Virus record (IMG/VR): IMGVR_UViG_3300020183_000042
Span: 1-64,000 of that record
From: a virus
Taxonomy: Duplodnaviria > Caudoviricetes
Length of the DNA stretch: 64,000 bases
Reading direction: 5' to 3' (one strand)
The position numbers were made by a program, and so were the translations under genes. A model generated the notes under the pieces. It did no database searches, was not told where the DNA came from, and worked only from the letters and a program-made list of their open reading frames with translations. Each line of letters begins with the position of its first letter. Position 1 is the first letter of the stretch. Shown one piece after another: positions 49,608 to 57,870 of the stretch.

Positions 49608-49829
49608 TTAGATAAATCCTATGCGAGTTTTTTCTGTAGTAACAATGTTCTCTATATCAGTAGAGTTAAAAATTTCCTTGCAATATGATCTTCCATTCCA
49701 CCATCCGCACTCATAAGAGATAGAGTTATTTGAACCAATATTAACACCAATAATAGTTCCATGAACATCATCTGTTAGTTTAACTTTGGTTCCAATATTG
49801 TAAAATTCTAGAATATTATTTTTACTCAT
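49608..49829 (-). CDS. hypothetical protein (SH3-like?)
   Basis: AGGA RBS; 73 aa. Confidence 0.6.
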   Translation of the reverse strand: MSKNNILEFYNIGTKVKLTDDVHGTIIGVNIGSNNSISYECGWWNGRSYCKEIFNSTDIENIVTTEKTRIGFI

Positions 49830-49862
49830 TTGTTTTCCTTTTAGTTAATAATTCCTAATTAA

Positions 49863-49935
49863 TAGGAGTGGTGGGAGTCGAACCCACACTGTACGGATTT
49901 TAAGTCCGTTGTCTCTGCCATTGGACTACACTCCC
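49863..49935 (-). tRNA. tRNA-Leu(UAA) with short variable arm
   Basis: GGGAGTG/CACTCCT-A acceptor, ACGGA-CTTAAAA-TCCGT anticodon arm, GTGGG-TTCGACT-CCCAC T-arm; CCA not encoded. Confidence 0.88.
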
Positions 49936-49939
49936 AAAT

Positions 49940-50019
49940 GATAATCGACTACAACAACTAAAGGTATGAGGTTGATTATTTGTGGGCCTCTCCCGTTTAA
50001 ACTGTTGTAGCCGACTACC
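49940..50019 (-). ncRNA. putative structured RNA: 20-bp stem enclosing 40 nt
   Basis: GGTAGTCGGCTACAACAGTT pairs with AGTTGTTGTAGTCGATTATC; all five non-Watson-Crick pairs are G-U on this strand. Confidence 0.55.
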
Positions 50020-50039
50020 GTTTGATTTTATAAAGAGTC

Positions 50040-50321
50040 TCAGCCGTTGTTGTGAGCCTTTAGACGACGCACAATCTCGGCCATAGCCTCAACATTATCA
50101 ACCGTCTTAGTGGGCTTCGCACGCTCCATAGCGGGAAGATCAATACCCTTCTTAGCCAGAGCGGCCTTAGTACGAGCATAACGAGCCATCGTACTAGCAA
50201 CCTTCTGACCAGTCTTGGTAGCAATCTCAGCATAAGTCTTGGACGAATAAACCGCCTCAAGAAAAGCCTCGTCGCTGCAACGAACACGGGTCTGCTTCTC
50301 AACATTAGTACCTTCAGCCAT
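50040..50321 (-). CDS. small basic, probably DNA-binding protein (HTH-like), likely highly expressed
   Basis: GGAGGT RBS, own promoter, GC-richer codons; TYAEIATKTGQKVASTMARY. Confidence 0.7.
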   Translation of the reverse strand: MAEGTNVEKQTRVRCSDEAFLEAVYSSKTYAEIATKTGQKVASTMARYARTKAALAKKGIDLPAMERAKPTKTVDNVEAMAEIVRRLKAHNNG

Positions 50322-50397
50322 AATAATCAACCTCCAAATTAATCCAACCTTACTTCGCGGTTCAGTCACGCGACCGAATCACCCGCGTTGTATCATC

Positions 50398-50425
50398 ATT
50401 CTATCACGGGTTATCGGCTTGTCAA
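50398..50425 (-). promoter_or_regulatory. promoter TTGACA-AGCCGATAACCCGTGA-TAGAAT
   Basis: Intergenic; member of the repeated promoter family. Confidence 0.8.
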
Positions 50426-50444
50426 CCCCTTCAACTTGAATTTT

Positions 50445-50621
50445 TCAGTCAGCACCAACCAGTTCATTGTCTTTTTTGTCGCTAAAAAACGACAGAGCAT
50501 CTGTTAAAATTTCATTATGAATTTCCAGATTATTAATGATAGCATTGGCTTGTTCTAGTGCTTTGGTTAGATGATAAACTTTATTAGCAAGTTCATCGGC
50601 CACATAGTTTTTCATAATCAT
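50445..50621 (-). CDS. small coiled-coil protein (58 aa, not in ORF track)
   Basis: MIMKNYVADELANKVYHLTKALEQA...; AGGAGG RBS. Confidence 0.6.
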   Translation of the reverse strand: MIMKNYVADELANKVYHLTKALEQANAIINNLEIHNEILTDALSFFSDKKDNELVGAD

Positions 50622-50759
50622 GGTAGCCTCCTTTATTTAGGGACAGTATTAATTACACTTTTTCTTTTTCTTTTTAAATATTCTGTGCCAATTCTTATCC
50701 CATATTTTTTGGTCAATATTGCGTGGTCGTCTTTTACTCCCTTTACTATTCTGGCTGAT

Positions 50760-51476
50760 TTAATCCTCCAGCACAAAACTCCAGTAGCGACTATCGTTCT
50801 TCTTTTGTAGAGCGTCCCAATAAATTGATCGTGCAATATATGATGGTATCTTGTTTTTTCCACAATTAATCATCCAATGACGCTCCATCTTTTTATACGA
50901 GTCCGTACCACTTCTACTCTTATTGTACTTGAGATGTTCCATATCGTAAAGTCGAAGTTGATGAATATCTCCACACAATACTCTTGCCTCATTGGGATGG
51001 ATCATTTCCAAAGCAAAACTAACTTTTGCTAACCCGATCCCATTAATTTTACTAACAATAGTATCACGCTTCTTAACATGACCCTTTTGAGTGGTAAAAT
51101 AAAAATCTTTAGGATTGGCCCAAAACTTTGTGGCAAAATCCCAAATATATTTTGTACGATTGTTATGAAGTCCAACTCCGCTTTTGTGAAGTTTATCTCT
51201 CAAGATATTCTCATCACTAATCCACTCATCAAAGTTCTTGATAGCATTATAGCCAGAGCAATTACCTTTCCAAGTAGTATGAACAGAACAGTAAGCAAAG
51301 AGATAACGCCTAAAAATATCAGAGGTATTCTGTGGGCGTACACTTTCCCAATATTCCTTGTATGCTACAATCTTTTCTCTCTGAAATGTGGCGAAGAAAA
51401 TATCTGCCTTAGTCCTATCAAGAGTAGTATTCTGAACTGGAATTACTGTGTTCTCAACAATCATAGAGTCCTCCAA
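50760..51476 (-). CDS. HhH DNA glycosylase/AP lyase (8-oxoG glycosylase-like)
   Basis: KINGIGLAKVSFAL (HhH) and LCGDIH. Confidence 0.65.
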   Translation of the reverse strand: MEDSMIVENTVIPVQNTTLDRTKADIFFATFQREKIVAYKEYWESVRPQNTSDIFRRYLFAYCSVHTTWKGNCSGYNAIKNFDEWISDENILRDKLHKSGVGLHNNRTKYIWDFATKFWANPKDFYFTTQKGHVKKRDTIVSKINGIGLAKVSFALEMIHPNEARVLCGDIHQLRLYDMEHLKYNKSRSGTDSYKKMERHWMINCGKNKIPSYIARSIYWDALQKKNDSRYWSFVLED

Positions 51477-51489
51477 TGTGTATTCTGCG

Positions 51490-51517
51490 ATTTTACACTA
51501 CGGATCAGCGTTGTCAA
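51490..51517 (-). promoter_or_regulatory. promoter TTGACA-N16-TAAAAT
   Basis: Intergenic; member of the promoter family. Confidence 0.7.
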
Positions 51518-52174
51518 CTATCTACGAAAAAAACCTAAACTTTCCTCTAAGGACCAATCAACATTAGTATCTATAATATGTTTAATATTATCAGGAACAT
51601 AATATGGATATTTATTTTCTAACACTGGTGCATCACCAATATTTTTTAGATGAAATCTGTGCGAGATAATATTAATATAGGAATAATAGTTTTTTATGAG
51701 CATATCATATGAAAATAAGATATAGTTAGAAGCAATAACAGGCATAATCTCATTGAGGTATCTATACTTAGTAGTCCTCATATCGAATATGTTTTTGTAT
51801 CTTTTTTTTGTTATTGGATTTCTATCTGCTGGTATTTCTCTAATTTCGATATCGGTAGAAAACCATTCACTTAATAAGAATGTTTCCCAGTTTACCATTC
51901 TGTGATGATGGATATGATGAGGCATATTAATCATAGCCATGATCCAGTCGTATGGATTTCTAACTATACCTATAAACAGGACATGTTTATCCTTATAAGA
52001 AATTGTTTCTGGTTTTGTCCATCCAAACCAGTGTTTATTACCGTAGAAATGAGTTCTAGTTAATCCAAATTTTTGAGTAAATATTTTCTCTGTGAGATTT
52101 GTTCCAGAGTGTCTTTCTCCATAAATTACAAACTTATCAAGATATGATCTATACTCGGAACATATTTGTAACAT
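51518..52174 (-). CDS. sulfotransferase-like protein
   Basis: GERHSGTN (5'-PSB) and VRNPYDW (3'-PB). Confidence 0.7.
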   Translation of the reverse strand: MLQICSEYRSYLDKFVIYGERHSGTNLTEKIFTQKFGLTRTHFYGNKHWFGWTKPETISYKDKHVLFIGIVRNPYDWIMAMINMPHHIHHHRMVNWETFLLSEWFSTDIEIREIPADRNPITKKRYKNIFDMRTTKYRYLNEIMPVIASNYILFSYDMLIKNYYSYINIISHRFHLKNIGDAPVLENKYPYYVPDNIKHIIDTNVDWSLEESLGFFRR

Positions 52175-52177
52175 TTG

Positions 52178-53497
52178 TCATATTTGTCTATTAGAACCAT
52201 GTAGGATTTTAAATGTAGGAAATCTTAGACTGATACCACCATCTTGGTTTTCTGTTTCTTCAAAATATTGAACAGTAATTGTCTTACCAAGAATATGTTT
52301 CGGGTGCTTGTAAAAGTTTTGACGTTGTTCAATACTAAAGCCACTACCAACACGCACAGTATGTCCCTTATGATTAATAGTTACACAAGAAAGCATGGTT
52401 TCTTCATGTTCTTTACCGTTTAATACATATCGAAATGGTCCCATTTCTGTGTCGATAACTTCGTACTCATCATCAAAAAATTTCTTAACCTTGAGCAAAT
52501 CTTTGCTACGCTTTCCCTTATATGGTTCATCTGCTCGCAACATTACTCCTTCCCATCCTTTATCAGCGGCTTCTTTTACCCACTCTTGGAAATGCTCATC
52601 ATTATGAATCAATTCTTGTTCAAGCACAGTCAGGATTGGATATGACTGGTAATATTGCATAGCACCACAAATATCAGCATATCGAATAGAATAAGGTCTA
52701 TTACTCTTACCCTTCTTACTATAAAACTCATCAGTAGTTATCGCATCAAAAATCTTAAAAGACGGATTAGGAATAGTATGATCCTTCTTACGCAGTTCCT
52801 TCATCACTCCCTGGAAATCCTCATTACCATCTTCATCTACCAGACAAAGTTCGCCGTCCAAAACAATACTATTAAGACCAATAGCCTTAATACCATCTGC
52901 AACTACTTCTAGAGTATCGAATACTTTTCCTGTTCTTGAAAGGAATGTAACTTCTCCAGCCTCATCAACAATAGCGATACATCTGGCCCCATCAATCTTA
53001 CGAGAGACATACCATCCATCATTCCAATCAACAAGTTTAGGCTCATACTTTTCTGCTAGAGCAACACTAAACTCTGGAATCCAATCTGGAATAGCCTTGT
53101 TGATAATTTTATCGCCAGCACGGGTTTTCAAATCTTTATCAATAACACAATGAATAAGTTCCTCATAATCACTGTGATGTTCGATAAAACTATTGACCGC
53201 AGCAATAGCATCGTGACCAGTAATCTTGCGATTCTTTAGATCTTCAAGGAGATCAAAAAAATTATTGTATTCATTTTTACGAGCCACAAGATGACTCTTT
53301 TTCTTTAGATTATCGCTAGTAACATTATATTGCCAAAGAGGATGATAGGTATACAGCAGAATCTTCTTGGCAAAATTTGCAGAAGCATTATTAAAGATAC
53401 CACAGTTTATTTTGATAATATCTTCTTTTTCTTTCGTACTGCTAGTTGCCCTAAGAGCATTAACCATATTCTGAACATAATTAAAATCGTGAGTCAT
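52178..53497 (-). CDS. ATP-dependent DNA ligase
   Basis: KIDGAR, LDGEL, FKIFD, EGVMLR, LLKVK, VGSG, LRFP. Confidence 0.93.
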   Translation of the reverse strand: MTHDFNYVQNMVNALRATSSTKEKEDIIKINCGIFNNASANFAKKILLYTYHPLWQYNVTSDNLKKKSHLVARKNEYNNFFDLLEDLKNRKITGHDAIAAVNSFIEHHSDYEELIHCVIDKDLKTRAGDKIINKAIPDWIPEFSVALAEKYEPKLVDWNDGWYVSRKIDGARCIAIVDEAGEVTFLSRTGKVFDTLEVVADGIKAIGLNSIVLDGELCLVDEDGNEDFQGVMKELRKKDHTIPNPSFKIFDAITTDEFYSKKGKSNRPYSIRYADICGAMQYYQSYPILTVLEQELIHNDEHFQEWVKEAADKGWEGVMLRADEPYKGKRSKDLLKVKKFFDDEYEVIDTEMGPFRYVLNGKEHEETMLSCVTINHKGHTVRVGSGFSIEQRQNFYKHPKHILGKTITVQYFEETENQDGGISLRFPTFKILHGSNRQI

Positions 53498-53523
53498 CCA
53501 AATAGTCTCCTGTGTTGCTACCC

Positions 53524-53552
53524 ATTCTACACTACTGTTATCGGCTTGTCAA
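53524..53552 (-). promoter_or_regulatory. promoter TTGACA-AGCCGATAACAGTAGTG-TAGAAT (17-nt spacer)
   Basis: Shares TTGACAAGCCGATAAC with the promoter at 50398-50425. Confidence 0.8.
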
Positions 53553-53553
53553 G

Positions 53554-53904
53554 TCACCGTTCTTGAATTTTTCTTTTTGAAAGAAGATAATTCATAGCGT
53601 TGGTTATTCCTTCTAAACTATCGTCGAATTTTCCTAATCCCGTGTTGCAGCGGTCACACAACCATCCTCTAAAAGTATCATCACTATGATCGTGATCCAT
53701 TGTCCATTTACGAGGAATCTTTTTGCAACATTCACAAACTTCTGGTTTTGGTGGAGCCTTTTTATGTAGTTTGTTTCTTATCTTGGTTTGCTTTTTAATA
53801 CAACTTCTACATCTACTATCCAGATTATCTTTATGAGAAATATGTTTGGGAAAACTTTTTAAGTTCTTCCTTTTCTTGCAGTAAAGACAAATTTTTCTGG
53901 GCAT
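53554..53904 (-). CDS. endonuclease VII-family nuclease
   Basis: CECC...MDHDH...FRGWLCDRCNTGLG. Confidence 0.85.
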   Translation of the reverse strand: MPRKICLYCKKRKNLKSFPKHISHKDNLDSRCRSCIKKQTKIRNKLHKKAPPKPEVCECCKKIPRKWTMDHDHSDDTFRGWLCDRCNTGLGKFDDSLEGITNAMNYLLSKRKIQER

Positions 53905-53906
53905 AT

Positions 53907-54608
53907 TTAAGTGATAGAATCTTTATCCATCCTATTATAAGCATCTGATCTTTCTTTATTAGATTCTCCAGAGGACAAATCAGTATGATCATAATCCATA
54001 ATATCTGTGTCTGGAGTTACCCATCTCATGTTTCTTTCAGCGGTCCATAGTGTGCTGTTGTATTTGCGATGAATCACAAGGTCTTTTTTAATTGTGAATG
54101 ATGGATCGTGCATAACCAATCTATTGTTTGGTTGAATAGCAAAATTACCATTATCCATCATGATAAAATGACCACACTTATGTTGTGATGGAAATTCGCT
54201 CAGAGTAAAATCTGTATCCCCACTATCAGTAGAACTTGCCCAATCAAGAGTGAACAAATATCGTCCAGTATATTCTACTCGTCGGCGTGAAATAAATTTG
54301 CAAGTATGATTTCGTAGTATAGGATACGAAGTTACCGAAACATGATAACTAAAAGAATCCCACAACACTAACTCATCTAACTCTTGTTGTTCACTATCTT
54401 CTTTCCAACAAAAAGCATGAATGGGCATCCTCCACCACAATCCACCATCCTCCATAATAAAATGGAATAATGGTGCTTGTGCTGGTATAGAAGTCATACC
54501 AAAAATATAACACGGAAACTTTTTGTCAAAAGAATCCTCTTGATTGCGTAGAAAATTTCCACGCACATAACCACTAACAACAGGAATTGGAATGTTTAAG
54601 TATGCCAT
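53907..54608 (-). CDS. conserved phage hypothetical protein
   Basis: RMPIHAF, LWDSF, YLFTLDW, HKC, NGNFAIQPNNR. Confidence 0.7.
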   Translation of the reverse strand: MAYLNIPIPVVSGYVRGNFLRNQEDSFDKKFPCYIFGMTSIPAQAPLFHFIMEDGGLWWRMPIHAFCWKEDSEQQELDELVLWDSFSYHVSVTSYPILRNHTCKFISRRRVEYTGRYLFTLDWASSTDSGDTDFTLSEFPSQHKCGHFIMMDNGNFAIQPNNRLVMHDPSFTIKKDLVIHRKYNSTLWTAERNMRWVTPDTDIMDYDHTDLSSGESNKERSDAYNRMDKDSIT

Positions 54609-54618
54609 ATTATTTTAG

Positions 54619-54972
54619 TGGATGCGGCGGCATCGAAGCCGCGTCCTAGCATAAATCAAATTACATCTTCTACAAGTTTATTTTGTTCATGAGTTAAATA
54701 GGAATACAGAACAAACAAGATTCATCCTATCTTACCAACTGCTCTTAACCTACAACCCGTTGGATATTGTAAGTGCAGAGGGATTTAACATCAGACTTTT
54801 GATCGCTACCCTCATTCGCAACCGCAGTCTGTTACTGCCCTTTTTTGTCAGGCAGCAAGTGCTAACTGATTATTGCCAGTTAAAGCATTTAGTAGACTTT
54901 TATAGTGGCCTGTCTACCAACCACTACTTGCTAACATAACTCTCCGTATGTAGTCGAAACCTTTACGCACCC
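54619..54972 (-). ncRNA. ssrA: tmRNA; tag (A)GNNQLALAA at 54877-54848
   Basis: 5' GGGTGCG-TAAAGGTTTCGAC; 3' GCGGC-TTCGAT-GCCGC-CGCATCC-A with G3-U70; TAACT just before the resume codon; ALAA-stop; 354 nt. Confidence 0.93.
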
Positions 54973-54980
54973 GTATTGTT

Positions 54981-55008
54981 ATTATACACTGTTGGTTTGA
55001 GAAGTCAA
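54981..55008 (-). promoter_or_regulatory. tmRNA promoter TTGACT-N16-TATAAT
   Basis: 8 nt upstream of the tmRNA 5' end. Confidence 0.75.
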
Positions 55009-55084
55009 TAGGCATAGAAAAATTTGCTTTTAGTCGAAAATGGTGTATGATACTTTATCAAGTTACAATGTATTGAGTTCGATT

Positions 55085-55594
55085 ATGAATCATTGTGTCA
55101 ATTGTTCAAAAGAAACAAATAATCCTAAATTTTGTTGTAGATCATGCGGAGTATCGCATAATAATCGACTACAGCCTAAAAGGATGGCTAAAAAAAGATA
55201 TTTCAAATGTTTGTGTTGTAAAAAACAAACCGAGTTTTATACTAATAATCCTAGAAAATATTGTTCAAAAAAATGTCAAATCAAACATAAAAGAGAAAAA
55301 TCAGATAATATTATAGAAAAACAAGGCTTCGGTAATGGTTACTACCACAATGTAAGAATTAGAAAATACTTTATACGCAAGTATGGTAACAATTGTATGA
55401 TCTGTGGGCAGTCTGGAGATAACTGGAATGGAAAACCTATAACTCTTATTGTGGATCACATAGATGGGAAATCTAATAATAATAAATTAGATAACCTGCG
55501 TATTGTTTGTCCTAACTGTGATTGTCAATTACCAACGTACAAAGCCAAAAATAAAGGTAATAGCACCAGACAATATTTTATAGTTCAGAAATAG
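55085..55594 (+). CDS. HNH homing endonuclease with N-terminal zinc fingers
   Basis: CxxC...KFCCRSC, KYCSKKC, LIVDHIDG...NNKLDNLRIVCPNC; the only credible plus-strand gene; longer start at 55040 possible. Confidence 0.85.
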   Translation: MNHCVNCSKETNNPKFCCRSCGVSHNNRLQPKRMAKKRYFKCLCCKKQTEFYTNNPRKYCSKKCQIKHKREKSDNIIEKQGFGNGYYHNVRIRKYFIRKYGNNCMICGQSGDNWNGKPITLIVDHIDGKSNNNKLDNLRIVCPNCDCQLPTYKAKNKGNSTRQYFIVQK

Positions 55595-55664
55595 GGCCGG
55601 GTAGAATCGAACCACCTTGACGAATTTATAAGATTCGCATCTTAGACCATTAGATGACGGCCCC
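55592..55664 (-). tRNA. tRNA-Ile(UAU)
   Basis: GGGGCCG/CGGCCCT-A acceptor, ATCT/AGAT D-stem, CGAAT-CTTATAA-ATTCG anticodon arm, GGTGG-TTCGATT-CTACC T-arm. Confidence 0.85.
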
Positions 55665-55695
55665 ATATTGTAAAAGATCAACCACCGACCAATAC

Positions 55696-55723
55696 ATTAT
55701 ACACTATCGACCACCACTGTCAA
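55696..55723 (-). promoter_or_regulatory. promoter TTGACA-N16-TATAAT for tRNA-Ile
   Basis: Perfect hexamers. Confidence 0.8.
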
Positions 55724-56061
55724 CCCTTGAGTCTAAAATCCCAAATTTTCAAGTTGTATTCTTTGGCTAAATCAAACATCATCTGAGTTCCTTTTCCTCC
55801 AGTGAATAAAACGCAACCATCAGCATATTCTGCCATTTGTTTGTTTCGTAAGTATCCTGCTTTTTTACCATAGGTTTTCCAATCAGCAGGAAAAATTTTA
55901 ATTGGAATATTATTTTTTCTAGCCCATAATTCTCCACAAGAGTCAACCCCTCTTGCTGCTCCACTAACTACTTGAGAAATGTTGCTTGATAGTTCATCTA
56001 ACTTTAGTATATCTTCGTCGTTCAAATAGTAATCTCTCCCTCCAGCAATAATAGTTTTCAT
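55720..56061 (-). CDS. SLOG-superfamily (YspA/DUF2493-like) protein
   Basis: IIAGGRDY, SGAARGVD, AGYLRN, GGKGT. Confidence 0.8.
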   Translation of the reverse strand: MKTIIAGGRDYYLNDEDILKLDELSSNISQVVSGAARGVDSCGELWARKNNIPIKIFPADWKTYGKKAGYLRNKQMAEYADGCVLFTGGKGTQMMFDLAKEYNLKIWDFRLKG

Positions 56062-56600
56062 TTTGTAGACTCCATAAAATTTCTATACATAGCCATAACG
56101 ATTCCACTAGTAGTTCCCACATTTAATGAACGAACACTACCATAATTGGGTATGGTAAGAATAACATTGGCACGATTCAGAATAAGGTTACTCAATCCTT
56201 TGTTTTCCTCTCCAAAAATAAACATTGGTTGACTAATATGGGTATTAGGATTAAATTTATAATCAAAGAGATTAATTGTCTTATCAGCATACTCTGGAAT
56301 ATTGTTCTCTATTGCAATAAGAGTTCGTCCAGAACATTGAAGAAGAAAAAATTCTTCATTCTTATGATGGTAAATAGGAGTATAGTGATGCGTTCCAACA
56401 CTACCCCTTTTATCCCACTTCTTTTTACCAACATAATGAACACTACGAAATCCAAAAAAGTTTGCATTACGAATCATTGTGCTAAGATTAAAGTCTCCGC
56501 CGATATTTACCATAGCAACACTTGCGATAATGCTTTTACTATGACAATAGTTCGCAATATCTGGTACACTCAAATCTTTAAGATTGTCGATTACGTTCAT
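56058..56600 (-). CDS. SpoU/TrmH-family RNA 2'-O-methyltransferase
   Basis: NLSTMIRNA, FGEENKGL, IP...RSLNV. Confidence 0.85.
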   Translation of the reverse strand: MNVIDNLKDLSVPDIANYCHSKSIIASVAMVNIGGDFNLSTMIRNANFFGFRSVHYVGKKKWDKRGSVGTHHYTPIYHHKNEEFFLLQCSGRTLIAIENNIPEYADKTINLFDYKFNPNTHISQPMFIFGEENKGLSNLILNRANVILTIPNYGSVRSLNVGTTSGIVMAMYRNFMESTK

Positions 56601-56760
56601 TTTCCAAATCTCTTAGTTGTTGTTCCAAAGTTTTAAGTTGATTATACAGAGAAACACAGTTGGTACAGAAATCTGAACTAATGTACTCTCTAGTATCAGC
56701 AATCTTGTTCTTTATTGCCCATATCTTTTCGTCTAGACTTAGGTTTGGATCGTTTAGCAT
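56578..56760 (-). CDS. hypothetical protein
   Basis: 60 aa with CxxC; overlaps its neighbours. Confidence 0.5.
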   Translation of the reverse strand: MLNDPNLSLDEKIWAIKNKIADTREYISSDFCTNCVSLYNQLKTLEQQLRDLENERNRQS

Positions 56761-57118
56761 TTGGCTTTTTCTCTTTCTTAGTCTTTTTATCTTTGGCCCA
56801 AAACACCATGTCGTTCAAATCATTATCCCAGGCACATTCAATAAGGTCTTGACCAGCCAATTTTGCTAAACCAACATTATGAATCCAGACAGTAACATCT
56901 TCGTAAATGCTTTCATTAATAGTTTCATCAAGAATTGGTCGATCCATATCATCATATCCAATGCACTTTTGCTTGACCAAATTGATAACTTGACCAACTG
57001 AAACATAATTATCAAGATCATTCGATGGAGCATCAGAGAGAGTTTTTGCTGCTGCATTTATTATTTCTTGAGCATATCCATCCAAATTACTAATCGCATA
57101 AACTTCTGGTTTTGACAT
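56696..57118 (-). CDS. hypothetical protein, paralog of 42967-43365
   Basis: LAGQDLIECAWDNDLNDMVFW; GGAG RBS before MSKP. Confidence 0.65.
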   Translation of the reverse strand: MSKPEVYAISNLDGYAQEIINAAAKTLSDAPSNDLDNYVSVGQVINLVKQKCIGYDDMDRPILDETINESIYEDVTVWIHNVGLAKLAGQDLIECAWDNDLNDMVFWAKDKKTKKEKKPNAKRSKPKSRRKDMGNKEQDC

Positions 57119-57130
57119 TGTATTCTCCAA

Positions 57131-57391
57131 TTATTGAATAAATTTAGATACACCACCGCCACTATGATTCTTGTCTCTAATTCGGTCAATAGTGTTTTGT
57201 AAAGTTAATCGTCCTCTAGGAAGCCACTTGGTATCATTATACAGAGCAGTTACGATCTGAGGAATCCAATGTTGATAAGCATCAGAATATTCTTTGGGAA
57301 AATTCTCTTTCAACAGAGTTTGCATAGCCTGAATATCTTTGCTAATATTCTCTCGTAAATCAAGCAGAATATTAATCTGTTCGGTATTCAT
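57131..57391 (-). CDS. hypothetical protein
   Basis: Coupled ORF. Confidence 0.6.
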   Translation of the reverse strand: MNTEQINILLDLRENISKDIQAMQTLLKENFPKEYSDAYQHWIPQIVTALYNDTKWLPRGRLTLQNTIDRIRDKNHSGGGVSKFIQ

Positions 57392-57813
57392 TATGCAAAT
57401 TCTCGGTTGGACACAACCTCTTTCCTCTTGAGTTTAAGAATTTTGTGCTTAGTTTTATAGATACCAGTATCTTGATTTTGGTAATCTGGCCCCATATAAA
57501 TGTGTGCAAACCCAGCGTTCTTATCAAGACCCCATGCTTGAATACCTTTATCGTCAACTTTCTCAACCACAAACTTTCCTCTGTATCCCATAGGGATTAA
57601 CTCTCCCTCATGAATATAATATGGGCCTCCACCAACCTTAACTTTATCTCCCTTTTGAAGTTGACTCCAATGAAAGTTAGAGTCGGCTTTCATGGTGCGT
57701 TTTTCGGTATTAGTTACCTTGAAAGAAAAGATATGATTACAATTCTTGCAAACATAGGCTCGCGGACCAGTAAGATTTCCGCAATCTGGACAAGTTTTTT
57801 TGCCTTTTGGCAT
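57391..57813 (-). CDS. zinc-ribbon protein
   Basis: KTCPDCG...CKNC; GGAG RBS. Confidence 0.7.
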   Translation of the reverse strand: MPKGKKTCPDCGNLTGPRAYVCKNCNHIFSFKVTNTEKRTMKADSNFHWSQLQKGDKVKVGGGPYYIHEGELIPMGYRGKFVVEKVDDKGIQAWGLDKNAGFAHIYMGPDYQNQDTGIYKTKHKILKLKRKEVVSNREFA

Positions 57814-57842
57814 CGTGTTTCTCCGTTGTTAGTGATAACCCA

Positions 57843-57870
57843 AGTATACCACAGTTATCGGAGTTGTCAA
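57843..57870 (-). promoter_or_regulatory. promoter TTGACA-ACTCCGATAACTGTGG-TATACT
   Basis: Member of the promoter family. Confidence 0.8.
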
